Positions 51,550-64,000 of a stretch of 64,000 nucleotides of DNA are shown here, piece after piece. Position 1 is the first letter of the stretch. Each line of letters opens with the position of its first letter. A program made the position numbers and the translations under genes. This DNA is from Malacoraja senta (Eukaryota): the NCBI GenBank assembly GCA_038087875.1, contig CM075988.1:3906001-3970000 (forward strand), given 5' to 3'. Under the pieces are notes generated by a model that made no database searches, was not told where the DNA came from, and saw only the letters and a list, made by a program, of their open reading frames with translations.

Positions 51550-52457
51550 GGTGGGGGCGTTGCGAGCCGGCTGCCCTGCCAGCAGCGCGTTCGATTTTTC
51601 TACTTATTTTGTTTTTTTAGTGTGTCCCAATGTGTGTTTTTAATGTTTCTCAGTGTGTCTTGTGTGGGGGGTGGTGTAGGGGGGTAATGGGGAAACCGCT
51701 TCGGTCGCGTCCTCCACGGAGAGGCGACTTTTTCCATGTCGCCTTCCCCATGGCCTAACATAGAGGATCGGTGCGGCCTTTCTCGGAGACGCGCCCGGGG
51801 CTTCAGCTGCGGGCGCAGCGAGGACTCTTTCATCGCGAAGCGGGCGAGCCCTCGCCGGAGGGGAGCGCACCGTTCACTGGCCCACAGCAGCCTGAAGCCG
51901 CGGTCTGCGGAGCTCCAGCTGGCACGGCGTCCGGAGCCTGGGATCCCTCGTTGGGGACCCTGGAGGAGAAGAGCTCCGACCGCCAGCCCGTGGCCTACTC
52001 TAACCACGGGCCCGGCGGGGACTTACCATCCGGAGCGGGATCCCTCGCCGGGGATCCCTGGAGAGGAGCTCCAACCGCCGGCCCTGCAGTCTGCGGTGCT
52101 TCTGGTTGCGGAGCGGCGGGGACTTTAGATCTTCGACTGCCGGCCTGTGGCCTACACCATCTTGAAGCCGCAGTCTCCGGTGGGGAGGCACCAATTCAGG
52201 ACTTACCTTGTCTGCACAACTGGATGCCCGCAGCGGCGACTGGGGAGGGTTGGGGTCCCGACCACGGGGGGAAATGGAGGAGGACACACTAAACTTTGTG
52301 CCTTCCACCACAGTGATGAATGCTGTGGTGGATGTTTGTGTTAAATTGTTATTGTGTATTGTGTGTTCTTTCTTTCTCATTGTACCGCTGCTGGCAAATT
52401 CATTTCACTGCACTTTATGTGCAATGTGATGAATAAAACTGACTTGACTTGATTTGA
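51550..52457 (+). mobile_element. GC-rich non-autonomous retroelement (~900 bp)
   Basis: Homologous ends with 13880-14710; ends aataaaac(tgact)n. Confidence 0.65.
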
Positions 52458-52977
52458 GGATAGGTCACAGGGAAGTAACTATGGAATGAGATAAATGTAA
52501 GTACTCTGAGAGCTAGCACCGACTTGATGGGCTGAATGGCTTTGTTCTACTTCTTAAGGAAGTATATGAACCATGCCAACATTTCATGTGCAACCACAGA
52601 ATAGGTTTGTATGGTGCCATGTACACACCGGCATTATAGATCGACACAAAATGTTGGAGTAACTCAGCCGGTCATGCAGCATCTCTGGAGAAAAGGAACA
52701 GGTGATGATTTGGGCCGAGTCAGGGGAGAGGGAAATGGGAGATATGCAAAAAACAACGATGATCAAGGAAAGGTGGAACCCACAATGCTCCATTGTTGGC
52801 TGTGGGGTAGATGACACTCAGCAGGATGACAATGATATGAGTATGATGACTAAAGCGGGGGAGGGATGGAGTGAGAGGGGATGGAAGGGTTACTTGAAGG
52901 TAAAGAAATCATTATTCATACTGATGGGTTGTTAGCTGCCCAAGCAATCTCATTGTTATGTTTCTGATTTATATGAC

Positions 52978-52980
<3 letters not shown>

Positions 52981-53012
<32 letters not shown>

Positions 53013-53022
53013 TCTCTCTCTC
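52981..53022. repeat. (CT)n microsatellite
   Basis: Direct reading. Confidence 0.9.
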
Positions 53023-53927
53023 AAGAATGGTCCCTACCCGAAGCGTTGCTTATTCCGTTTCTCCAGAGATGTTGCCTGACCTGCTGCGCCTCCAGCATGT
53101 TGTGTCTATCTCCGGTGGAAACCAGCATCTGCAGTTCCTTGGGCATGAAGGAACTGCAGATGCTGGTTTACAGAGGGATGGTTGTTGGGAATTTGACCCA
53201 TTTACCAGTTTTCCCATTTACCAGAAGAAGAGTCTCCACCTGAAACGTCACCTATTCCATTTCTCCAGAGATGCTGCCTGACCGGCTGAACCACTCCAGC
53301 ATGTTGTGTCTATCTGCAGTTCCTTCCTACACAAGGACTACAGATGCTGGTCTGAGGAAGTTTTCTGACTAGAAACGTCACCTATCCATGTTCTTCAGAG
53401 AAGCTGCCTGACCCGCTGAGCACTTTGTGTCTTTTTGTGTGGTGCTGGAAGTGTGAGGCAGAATTTAATCCTAGTCAGAGAGTCATCCACCACAGTACCA
53501 GACCCTTCAACCCACCCAATCAATGTTGATCACCACGTACTCACTAATCCCACTAAACCAGTATGAAGAAAGCTCTCAACCTGAAACCTATCTATGTTCT
53601 CCAGAGATACTGCCTGACCTGATGGGTTACGCCAGCACTCGGTCCATTTACCAGCCCTTGATCTCTAGCCTTCTATGCCTTGGCAATAGGTTCTCATCTG
53701 GATATTTCTTAAACATTGTGAGAGCTCTGCCTCAGGCAGTGTCTTCCAAGTTCCAACTACCTTGTCTTAACCTTTTTCTCTTTACCAAAGCCCTCTGGTT
53801 ATAAACAGCTGTTATAGGGAAAGATTTAGTCGTGGTGACCTTATCTACTTGCTCCTCGTGGACCCCATTCAGCCCCCTGTGCTCCAAGGAAAACCAATGC
53901 AGACCTTTCCAGTGTCTGCTCAGACCT

Positions 53928-54120
53928 TCAGTTTCAGTTTAGTTTATTGTCACGTGTACTGAGGTACAGTGAAAAAGCTTTTGTTGCGTGCTTACCAGTC
54001 AGCAGAAAGACAATACATGATTACAATCGATCCATTTACTGCGTATAGATGCATGATAAGGGAATAACGTTTAGTGCAAGGTAAAGCCAATAAAGTCCGA
54101 TCAAAAATAGTCCGAGACCT
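53928..54120 (-). mobile_element. Rex1/L2-type 3' UTR
   Basis: Same tail as 1805-2110 and 57258-57690. Confidence 0.7.
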
Positions 54121-55769
54121 CCGAGCCAGACAACATCCCAGTAAATTCCCTCTGCAGCTTTCCCAGAATAATGAAGTCCCTTCTAGACTCTGGCAACTAA
54201 AACTGCACAAAGTATTCTTGATGGGTAGGAAGGAACTGCAGATGCTGGTTTAAACCGAAGATAGACACTAAAAGCTGGAGTAACTCAACAGGTCAGTCAG
54301 CATCTCTGGAGAGAAGGACTAGGTGACGTTTTGTCTTGCGACCCTTCTTCAGACTCTAGATATAGCCTCACCAGTCATCTATGAAGCTGCACTGCCACCT
54401 CCCAGCTCTTATATTCCATTCCTTGGCTAATGAAGATAAGAATACTGTGTGGCTTCTGTAACACCCAATCTATCTGTGCTGCCACCTTCAAGGATCTTGG
54501 ACATAAACCAAGGTCCCTCTAAGCAGCAGCAAACCATAACAAATTAAATAAAGATATTCAAAATCATAGACACGATATGCTGTGTCTTCTGGAGTAACTC
54601 AGCGGGTCAGGCAGCATCTTTGAAGAAAATGGATAGATGTCACTTCGGATCGAGATCTTTCTTCAGAGTTTGGTTTAGTTTAGTTCAGAGGTACAGCATG
54701 GAAACAGGCCCTTCGGCCCGCCGAGTCTGCCCCAACCAGCGATCAACTGTACACTTGTTCTATCGTACACAGAAGGGGGTACCTATCCATTTTCTCCAGA
54801 GATGCTGCCTGACCTGCTGAGTATATCCAGCATTTTGTGTGTATCGTTGGTATAAACCAGCATCTGCAGTTCTTTTTTTTATTGCATTATGTTAAAAAAT
54901 GCTGATTATAATTAGAAAGTGGAAAGGAAGAAAGTGTTTCTCGGGGAAGAGCATCAATATGTGAAGACAATAACTAGAAATGATTTATTAATAATGGCTG
55001 AGGATTTGAGGGTGGGGGGGGGGAGTGTGATGAGTGTTTGGTGCTTTAGGAAGGGAGGTGGGCACTATTTCCCCTTGATCACACTGATCAGAAGCTGCCC
55101 CAGGCAGCCTGGACCAATACCCCGTGGGTAGTGAGATGGTGGGATGTTGGACAAGTAGTCCATCTTTGATCTTTAATCCACTTCTGCAATGGGAGATCCT
55201 GTTTGATCTTATAGAGGCATACAAAATCATGAGAGGAATAGATTGGGTAGACCAGGAGACCTAGGTTTAAGGTGAGGGGGAAAAGATATAATGGGAACCA
55301 GAGGGTAACTTTTTCTCACAAAGAATGGCAGGTGTATGGAACGAGCTGCCGGAGGAGGAAGTTGAGGCAGGTACTATCGCGAGAAACATTTAAGAAGCAT
55401 TTAGACAGGTACATGTGTTTGTGGACTGTGGGAAAAAGGGTCTCAATCTGAAACGTCACCCATTCCTTCTATCCAGAGATGCTGCCTGTCCCGCTAAGTT
55501 ACTCCAGCATTTTGTGTCTATCTTGGGCCAATTGCAGGCATGTGCTACTAGTGTTGCTGGGACAGTGTGGACAAGTTGGGCCGAAGGGCCTGTTTCCACG
55601 CTGTAAGACTCTAAGACTTCATGACTTTAAATGCAACTTGGAAAATTATTGTGTTGATTAATTCTCACTTGGCGACTAATGCTCTAACAGAGAGAGGCTT
55701 GCATCCACTACTGCCTTGGGGGTTATGTACTTGTGTTTGGTTTATTTAGTTTAGAGATATAGTGCAGAA

Positions 55770-56358
55770 ATAGACAATAGACAATAGGTGTAGGAGTAGG
55801 CCATTCGGCCCTTCGAGCCAGCACCGCTATTCAATGTGATCATGGCTGATCATCCCCAATCAGTACCCCGTTCCTGCATTCTCCCCATATCCCCTGACTC
55901 TGCTATCTTTAAGAGCCCTATCTAGCTCTTGAAAGTATCCAGAGAACCGGCCTCCACCACCCTCTGAGGCAGCGAATTCCACAGACTCACAAATCTCTGT
56001 GTGAAGAAGTGTTTCCTCATCTCCGTTCTAAATGGCTTACCCCTTATTCTTAAACTGTGGCCCCTGGTTCTGGACTCCCCCAACATCGGGAACATGTTTC
56101 CTGCCTCTAGCGTGTCCAAACCCTTAATAATAGTATATGTCTCAATAAGACCCCCTCTCATCCTTCGAAACTCCAGAGTATACAAGCCCAGTCACTCCAT
56201 TCTCTCAGCATATGACAGTTCCGCCATCCCAGGAATTAACCTTGTGAACCTACGCTGCACTCCCTCAATAGCAAGAATGTCCCTCCTCAAATTAGGGGAC
56301 CAAAACTGCACACAATACTCCAGGTGCGGTCTCACTAGGGCTCTGTACAACTGCAGTA
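55770..56358 (-). mobile_element. CR1 3' fragment inside a V-SINE (SINE parts ~55740-55770 and ~56359-56635)
   Basis: [22 protein letters not shown]...FRTEMRKHFFTQR; (tagacaa) tail. Confidence 0.9.
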
Positions 56359-56934
56359 GGCCCTTTGGCACACTGAGACCACACCCACCAGTGATCCCCA
56401 CACACTAACACAATCCTACACACACTGGGGACAATTTACATTTAGACCAAGCTAATTAACCTACAAACCTGTACGTCTTTGGAGTGTGGGAGGAAAGTGA
56501 AGATCGCGAAGAAAACCCACGCAGGTCACGGGGAGAACGTACAAACTGCGTACAGACCGCACCCATAGTCAGGATCGAACCCTGGCGGGTCTCTGGCGCT
56601 AGCAGGCAGCAACTCTACCGCTGTGCCACCATGCTGCATTAGCTGACCTTTTGAAACAGTGGTTGGATTAAACATGTTGTATAAACTTCTGAGAGAGCAG
56701 CTGTTGCAAAGGCAGTTCTACTGAATGGATCAAGAGCAGAACGGGTAAGGAAGAACAGAACCTGGCTCCTTTGCATAATTCTCAGAGAAGGTCTCATGCC
56801 TCATTAGTATTCTCCACATATATACATTCTCAGGGCATCCACAGCAGAGCCATTTGGGAAAGTAACTGATGCAACAAAAAAGTACAGAAATTTGAAATTT
56901 GAAAAGGAAACTATAAAAAATTAACAGAGACTCT

Positions 56935-57160
56935 TGTGTAAGAAGGAACTGCAGATGCTGGTTTACACCAAAGATAGACGCAAAAAGCTGGAGTAACTCA
57001 GCGGGACAGGCAGCATCTCTGGAGAGAAGGAATAGGTGACGTTTCGGGTCAACACCTTACCCCTAACCAGTCTGAAGAAGGGTCTCGACCCGAAATGTCA
57101 CCCATTCCTTCTCTCCAGAGATGCTGCCTGTCCCGCTGAGTTACTCCAGCTTTTTGTGCC
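56935..57160. mobile_element. Penelope pLTR fold-back insertion with 13-bp TSD
   Basis: Arms ~56976-57050 and ~57087-57161; taacagagactct at 56922-56934 and 57161-57173. Confidence 0.85.
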
Positions 57161-57257
57161 TAACAGAGACTCTCAGCAGGTCAGGCAGCATCCGTGGAGA
57201 TAGAAACAGAAAGCAATAGATCAAGTCAATAGGATTTATCAGATGGGAAAAAAATAG

Positions 57258-57692
57258 TTTTTAGTTTAGTTTTGTTTATTGTCACGTGTACCGAGGTACA
57301 GTGAAAAGCTTTTGTTGCGTGCCATCCAGTTGGCAGAAAGACAATACATGATAAGGAAATATCGTTTGGCGCAAGGTAAAGCCAGCAAAGTCCGATCAAG
57401 GATAGTCAGAATGCCACCGATGAGGTAGATAGTAGTTCAGCCTCTCCCTCTGGTTGTGGTAGGATGATTCAGTTGCCTGATAACAGCTGGGAAGAAACGG
57501 TCCTGAATGTGGAGGTGTGAGTTTTCACACATCTATACCTTTTGCCTGATGGGAGAGGGGAGAAGAGGGAGTGGCCAGGGTGCGACTGGTCCTTGATTAT
57601 GCTGCCGGCCTTGTCGAGGCAGCATGAGGTATAAATGGAGTCAATGGAAAGGAGGTTGGTTTGTGTGATGGTCTGGGCTGCGTCCACAATTC
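57258..57692 (-). mobile_element. Rex1/Babar LINE 3' end
   Basis: DAAQTITQTNLLSIDSIYTSCCLDKAGSIIKDQSHPGHSLFSPLPSGKRY. Confidence 0.85.
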
Positions 57693-58255
57693 GAGGAAAT
57701 GTGCATGTTTTAAATCAGAAGAAGGAGCAGGGATGGGGAACAAATAACAAAGTTGATGTCAGTGATGGTTCCAGGCTGCAATTGTCTGAGAATTGGAGAA
57801 AAAGGGATGTTTGAGAGAAAAAGGAAACAAATGATGGTGAATTAAATCCGTGTGCATATGACTAAGTGGCATCATCGGTCATAGATTGTAAGTTAGAAAC
57901 AAAGAACTGTAAATGCTGCTTTATACCAAAGACAGACGCAAAGTCCTGGGGTAACCCAATGCGTCATGCAGCAATTCTGGAGAAACTGCTAAGTTATTCC
58001 CGTGCCTGTCAAACAAATGATGGTCTTCTTCGTTCATGCTCATCATCTGTTTCAAATGTTCGGCCAGGCTCTTGTACAGTGGACAGCCTTCTAGTTTGCC
58101 ACCGCTAGCTCTTCCAGGCAGCATTGTTCACCAATAAGTGGGCATCCGAGTACGTGTGGCATGGGTTGTACAGATGTTCCACATTCACATTCTGTGTGCC
58201 GCATCTGCATAGCTGCATTTGTTCATATTGGTCTTGCATCGGCCCATCCCAAAGA

Positions 58256-58682
58256 CTAGGCGTATTCACTGGAGTTTAGAAGGATGAGGGGGGATCTTAT
58301 AGAAACATATAAAATTATAAAAGGACTAGACAAGCTAGATGCAGGAATTTCCCCCCCAGTGTTGGGTGAGTCCAGAACCAGGGGCCACAGTCTTAGAATA
58401 AAGGGGAGGCCATTTAAGACTGAGGTGAGAAAAAAAACGTTTTCACCCAGAGAGTTGTGAATTTATGGAATTCCCTGCCACAGAGGGCAGTGGAGGCCAA
58501 GTCACTGGATGGATTTAAGAGAGAGTTAGATAGAGCTCTAGGGGCTAGTGGAGTCAAGGGATATGGGGAGAAGGCAGGCACGGGTTATTGATTGGGGACC
58601 ATCAGCCATGATCACAATGAATGGCGGTGCTGGCTCGAAGGGCCGAATGGCCTCCTCCAGCACCTATTTTCTATGTTTCTAT
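58256..58682 (+). mobile_element. CR1 3' fragment
   Basis: YSLEFRRMRGDLIETYKIIKGLDKLDAG... plus 3' UTR. Confidence 0.88.
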
Positions 58683-60946
58683 CCTGGTACAAAGCCTATT
58701 GAGGGACTACCAGGTTTTCCAGTCACACCTGTGACCAGTGCTGGGTGTATATAACAAGCTGCAGGAGGTACTTGAGGCAGGTACTAGAACAACATTTGAA
58801 AACGTCATCTGGACAGATTCATGGATCGGAAAGGTTTCGCGGGATATGGACCAAACGCGGGGAGGTGGGACTGGTGTGGATGAGGCTTCTTGGTCAGCAG
58901 GGGCAAGCTGGATCAAAGGTACTGTTTCTGCCCTGTATGATTCTACGACTCCAAGAGAATACGCTGGAAGAGTGAGAAGAAAGACATACTGGTTCTGAAT
59001 TTGAAGCGAAGGAGAATATTACAAAAATAAAAAGGAGATCAGGTAGGCGGAGAAAAAAACAAACCAATGATACAGGTGGGTGACACTATATTTTAGTAGA
59101 AATAAGGAACTGCAGATGCTGGTTTACAAAAAAACCCATAAAGTGCTCGAATGACTCAGTGGTTTGAGTTCTCTGGAGAACATGGATAGGTGATGTTTCT
59201 TCAGGGAAACTTCTTCAGACTCTTAAAGAAAAGTCCTGACCTGAACAGTCATGTATCCATGTTTGGCAGAGATGCTACCTGACCCGCTGAGTTACTGATA
59301 TTTCAGGTCAGGACCCTTCTACAAACTGATAGTTGGGAGGGGGCGGAGGGGCGGGGGGGGGGGGGGAAGCTGGAAGAGAAGAGGCTGGCAAGTGATAGCT
59401 GGATACATGTGAGCGGGGTTTTCGATAGGCAGATGGTTGTGCAAAGATAGACACAAAATGCTGGAGTAACTCAGCGGGACAGGCAGCATCTCTGGAGCGA
59501 AGGAATGGGTGACGTTTCGGGTCGGAACCCTTCTTCAGACAAAGGGCAAAGATGAATAGACAGGAGGTTTAAGGCAAAAGGAGTTAAGAGTTGCAAATTG
59601 TGAAGCTAGAGGAAGGAATGTAGGTGAAAGGGGAGGGGAGAAATTGTGCATTCAGGTAGACCTCAGCGGAGAGTGGCCTGACCTGCTGAATTACTTCAGC
59701 ACGCTGTGTTTTACTCCAAAAGAGGTCCCCTCATTAAAAGGTACTACGGTGAAAGTCACCTTCAGGTGCTCTTTGTCCCTTACTCCATATGCGCCAAGGT
59801 GAATTGTCCAACTCACTACAAACACTTGGCCCACTGTGTCAGTGTTGACTTTGAAAGTGCTGGCTTTAAGGGCCGAATGGCCTACTCCTGCCCCTATTGT
59901 CTATTGCCTCTTTCTTGTAGCTTCCTCCCAAATGTCCTGCGAATGTTCTTTTTTTCAATTATCCATTTAATTCCACTCTGAAAGCCATGTGAAATCTTCC
60001 TCCACCATTCGTTTAGACAGCACATTTCCGATCATAATAATTCTCTGTGTAAATAATAATGAAAATTCCTTCGCAATTACCTTGATGGGTTTCTTTGAAA
60101 ATCTTGTTTCCAAACCTTCCACCGCTGGTAATAATTCCCCATCATCTACTCTGAAAGGCCTTCTTGATTTTGAATACGACTATTATTTCTCACATTACCC
60201 TCCTCTGTTCTATGAATTATTTTTAAATGTTAGTGGGACGGACGATGTCTGATTTACAGTGCGTTCCACATAGTATGGGACTGAAATCACAGGCGCCCAT
60301 TCTCTGGAGCCTATTCATGCATCAGTGGGATTTTTATGGCAGAATGGCAATTCTCATCGAGATTGTTTTGTTACCAGCCCACAAATTGTTAGATTTATTA
60401 AATTCAATAAGTAGTCATTGTCGCTTTATGAAGCCTTGATATTAGGTTGCTAAGCAACTGCTATAAGTACTGGTCTGGCAGTGGGCACTTAAAGCTGTCT
60501 CTTCTCACTAAAAGTTCTTCTTGATTTGCCTGAAGCAACACATATTTCCATAAATGGCTTCCTTTTGCGTTCGGCTGCATCAATGCATGTTTGGTGATTT
60601 AATCCAGTTCCCTTCAGACTCCAGCACAAGACATAAGAGCAGGTGGAGCCCAACGTCCCATTGATCCTGCTCCACCGATCAATGTGATCACAGCTGAGCA
60701 TTTACATCAGCACCACTAATCTTCATTTACCTTGATTCTCACTGAATGCACAAAGCCATCAATCTCAGCTGTTAATATATTCATACACTGAGCAGCCACA
60801 ACCCAGTGGAACAGAGAATTATAGAAGACTACAGCTCAGGAGCAGTCTCTTTGGCCCACAGTGTTTATGCCGAACATGATGCCAAGATAAACCCACCAAC
60901 AAACAGCAAACATGTGTATCGTTGCAAGCGACAAGTCATGGCCCAG

Positions 60947-61135
60947 TGTTTAAGAAAGAACTGCAGGTGCTGGAAAAATCGACGGTAGACAAAAATGCTG
61001 GAGAAACTCAGCGGGTGAGGCAGCATCTATGGAGCGAAGGAATAGGTGACGTTTCGGGTTGAGACCCTTGGGTCACCTATTCCCTTCGCTCCATAGATGC
61101 TGCCTCACCTGCTGAGTTTCTCCAGCATTTTTGTC
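60947..61135. mobile_element. Penelope pLTR fold-back insertion with ~12-bp TSD
   Basis: Arms ~60988-61050 and ~61072-61135; gtcatggcccag (60935-60946) / gtcatggcacag (61133-61144). Confidence 0.8.
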
Positions 61136-61159
61136 ATGGCACAGCATATCTCTCACTGT

Positions 61160-61468
61160 CTTAGTTTAGTTGAGTTTAGAGATATAGCATGGAAACAGGC
61201 CCTTCGGCCTACCGACACCGCTCCGACCAGTGATCACCCGTTCACATGACTACCCTACACACACTAGGGACAATTTCCACTTATACCAAGCCAATTAACC
61301 TACAAACCTTTGGAGTGTGGGAGGAAACCGTAGACCTTGGAGAAAACCCATGCGTTCCCAGGGAGAACGTACAAACTCCATACAGACAGCATCTGTAGTT
61401 GGGATCGAACCCGGGTCTCTGGCGCTGTAAGTAAGCCAGTAACTCTACCTCTGCGCCACCATGCCACA
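61160..61468 (-). mobile_element. Full-length V-SINE (HE1-like)
   Basis: Head with A/B boxes near 61400-61465 and (ctaaa) tail near 61160. Confidence 0.85.
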
Positions 61469-61564
61469 ATGTCAATACCATTGAGTTTAATGAAGAGTGC
61501 ACAAGGCATGCTGGGAGCAGTACTAAGTAATCCTGACAATGAACATCAAGTATGGTTTATGTTC

Positions 61565-62620
61565 ATAAGATCTAGGAGCAGAATTAGGCCATTCAGCCCA
61601 TCAAGTCTATTTCAATCATGGTTAATCTATCTTTCCCTCTCAACCCATTCTCCTGCCTTCTCCCCATAACCCCTGACACCCGTACATATCAAGAATCTGT
61701 CAATCTCCACCTTAAAAATATCCATTGACTTGGCCTCCATAGCATCCGTTGCAATTAATTCCACGGATTCACCACACTTTGACTAAAAAATTCCTCCTCA
61801 TCTCCTTTCTAAAGGTACGTCCTTTTATTCTGAGGCTATGGTCTCTGGTCCTAGACTCTTCCACTAATGGAAACATCCTCTCCAGGCCTTTCACTATTCA
61901 GTAAGCTTCAGTGAGGTCCCCCCTCATCCATCTAAACTCCAGCGAGTACAGGCCCAGTACCGTCTAACGCTCATCATATTTTAACCCACTCTATCCTGGG
62001 ATCATTCATGTAAACCTCCTCTGGACCCTCTCCAATGCCAGCATATTCTCCCTTAATTATGGGGCCCAAAACTTGCTCACAAACATAGCACATAAAGCAG
62101 TGCAGCACAGGAACAGGCCCTTCGGCCCACAATGTCTGTGCTGAACATAATGCCAAGCTAAACTAATCTCATCTTCAGTCCATGGTCCACTTCAGTCCAT
62201 TCCTTGCATATGCACGTGGCTATCTAAAAAACCTCTTCAATGCCACTAACATATTTTCCCTCCACCACCACACTTGGCACATGGTCCAGGCCCCCACCAG
62301 CTTCAATGCCAACATGTTGCCTTGTGTATAAACTTTAAACTGTGCCCCTCTGATCTGAAAGCTATAACCCCGGGAAAGAGGTTCTGACTGTTTACCCTAT
62401 CTACAGTGTGCCTTTAATAGTTGTATATGTTCCTATCAGGTCTCCCTTCAACCTCTGGCATTACAGAAAGAACAATCCAAGCCTGTCCAACCTATCCTTG
62501 TAGCTAAGGTTCCCTACTCCAGGCAGCATTGTGGTAAACCTCCACGGCACCCTTTCCTAAGCCTCCACATCCTTCCTGTAATGAGGTGACCAGAACTGCA
62601 GACAATCTTCCGAATGCATC
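61565..62620 (-). mobile_element. Two consecutive degenerate CR1 3' fragments
   Basis: Reverse complement shows CR1 RT C-terminal and 3' UTR sequence at ~61565-62080 and ~62085-62620. Confidence 0.75.
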
Positions 62621-62634
62621 TGAATCAAAGTGTC

Positions 62635-62915
62635 TTGTTTTTGAGATACAGCACAGAAACAAGCCCTTTGACCCACTGAGTCCGTGCTGACCAGCGATCA
62701 CCTCATACACTGGCACTTTACAATTTACAATTTACGGATGCCAACTAACCTTCAAACCTGTCCACGTTTGGAGTGCGGGAGGAAACCGGAGCACCCGGAC
62801 AAAACCCACGTGGTTGCAGGGAGAGCGTACAAACTCCGTACAGACAGCACCCATAGTCTGGATCGAACCTGGGTCTCTGGCGCTGTACAGCAGCAACTCG
62901 ACCGCTGCCCCACCA
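62635..62915 (-). mobile_element. V-SINE (HE1-like)
   Basis: Same family as the other copies. Confidence 0.8.
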
Positions 62916-63399
62916 TTAAGCTGCAAAACGACTTCCTGATAAGTCTGGTCACGACCCGAAACGTCGCCTATTTCCTTCGCTCCATAAATGCTGCCTCACC
63001 CGCTGAGTTTCTCCAGCATTTTTGTCTACCTCCTGATCCTTATGCTCTATGGAGTGGAGAATTCTGCTCAACGGCACCACTCAAGACATTTCCCTCCATT
63101 TTAGTCTTAATTGGTTGACTCACATCAGGAGATGACAACGTCTCATTTTAAACTCTCATGTTGAGTGAATGAGCCTCTCACTGCAGCCCCTCAGGGCCAT
63201 TGCACATGTTCTAACTTTCTATGAGTTCACTTGACATTCTAAGTATAAATAAAACAAGAACATTTATCCCTCTCCCCTTCGTGGAATAGTCTCATCCCAG
63301 GATACACGCATTCCTCTAAGGCAATTATCTCCTTCCTTTACTAAGCAGAGCAATGCAATATTTCAAGTGTCATCTCACCAAAGCCCTGTATCATTACAA

Positions 63400-63616
63400 C
63401 ATCTGTGGAATTCTCTGCCTCAGAAGGCAGTGGAGGCCAATTCTCTAGATGCTTTCAAGAGAGAGTTAGAGCTCTTAAAGATAGTGGAGTCAGGGGATAT
63501 GGTGAGAAGGCAGGAACGGGGTACTGATTGTGGATGATCAGCCATGATCACATTGAATGGCGGTGCTGGCTCGAAGGGCCCGATGGCCTACTCCTGTACC
63601 TATTGTCTATTGTCTG
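63400..63616 (+). mobile_element. CR1 3' end
   Basis: atctgtggaattctctgcctcagaaggcagtggaggcc plus (ctattgt) tail. Confidence 0.85.
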
Positions 63617-64000
63617 ACTACTCTTAAATTGCAAGGACTCTTGGAACATGCTTTTTTTTGCTATTCTAAATGCTTGCCCTACATGCCGGATGAATGGGTC
63701 TAGTGCACAGGGACTCTGAGCAACACCAGGATCTTTTCTAAAGCAAACTAGGGGACGAGCCCTTCAATTCACTGAGGCTGACTCAGCTGGAGAGAGTCCT
63801 TCTTGTTGGAGCTGGATCCCAAGTGCAGAGGACATCATGTGCGTAGGTCTACAGGTTTCTAGCATTCTGTTGCAAGGTCCATGGCCTTCCCTTACATCTG
63901 CCTGGTCCGTGAACCCATTTAGCAATGTGACATAAAAAACACAACACTGGTGTCAGAGGTTATGGGGAGAAGGCAGGAGAATGGGGTTAGGAGGAAGAGA

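Overview
Eukaryotic, repeat-saturated non-coding DNA, most likely intergenic or a large intron. The repeat set (tRNA-headed V-SINEs with CR1 tails, HER1-like CR1 LINEs, Rex1/Babar LINEs, abundant Penelope fragments) points to a cartilaginous fish, probably a skate or ray; this is an inference. No host gene, rRNA, true tRNA or CRISPR array can be supported, and every recognisable ORF is a retroelement remnant. Best-supported items: (1) a DIRS1-type tyrosine-recombinase retrotransposon at 4658-7894 with intact inverted termini and internal complementary region but decayed ORFs; (2) many Penelope pseudo-LTR copies carrying a minimal hammerhead-ribozyme-like core, often inserted as short fold-back units flanked by 12-14 bp target-site duplications (TSDs); (3) a Helitron-like insertion whose empty site survives in an adjacent tandem duplicate; (4) several non-autonomous DNA transposons (Harbinger, hAT, P/hAT-like) with clear terminal inverted repeats (TIRs) and TSDs; (5) three diverged copies of a GC-rich ~850 bp non-autonomous retroelement. 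Boundaries of degenerate repeats are approximate unless a TIR or TSD is quoted, and many small SINE/CR1/Penelope fragments are not listed individually.
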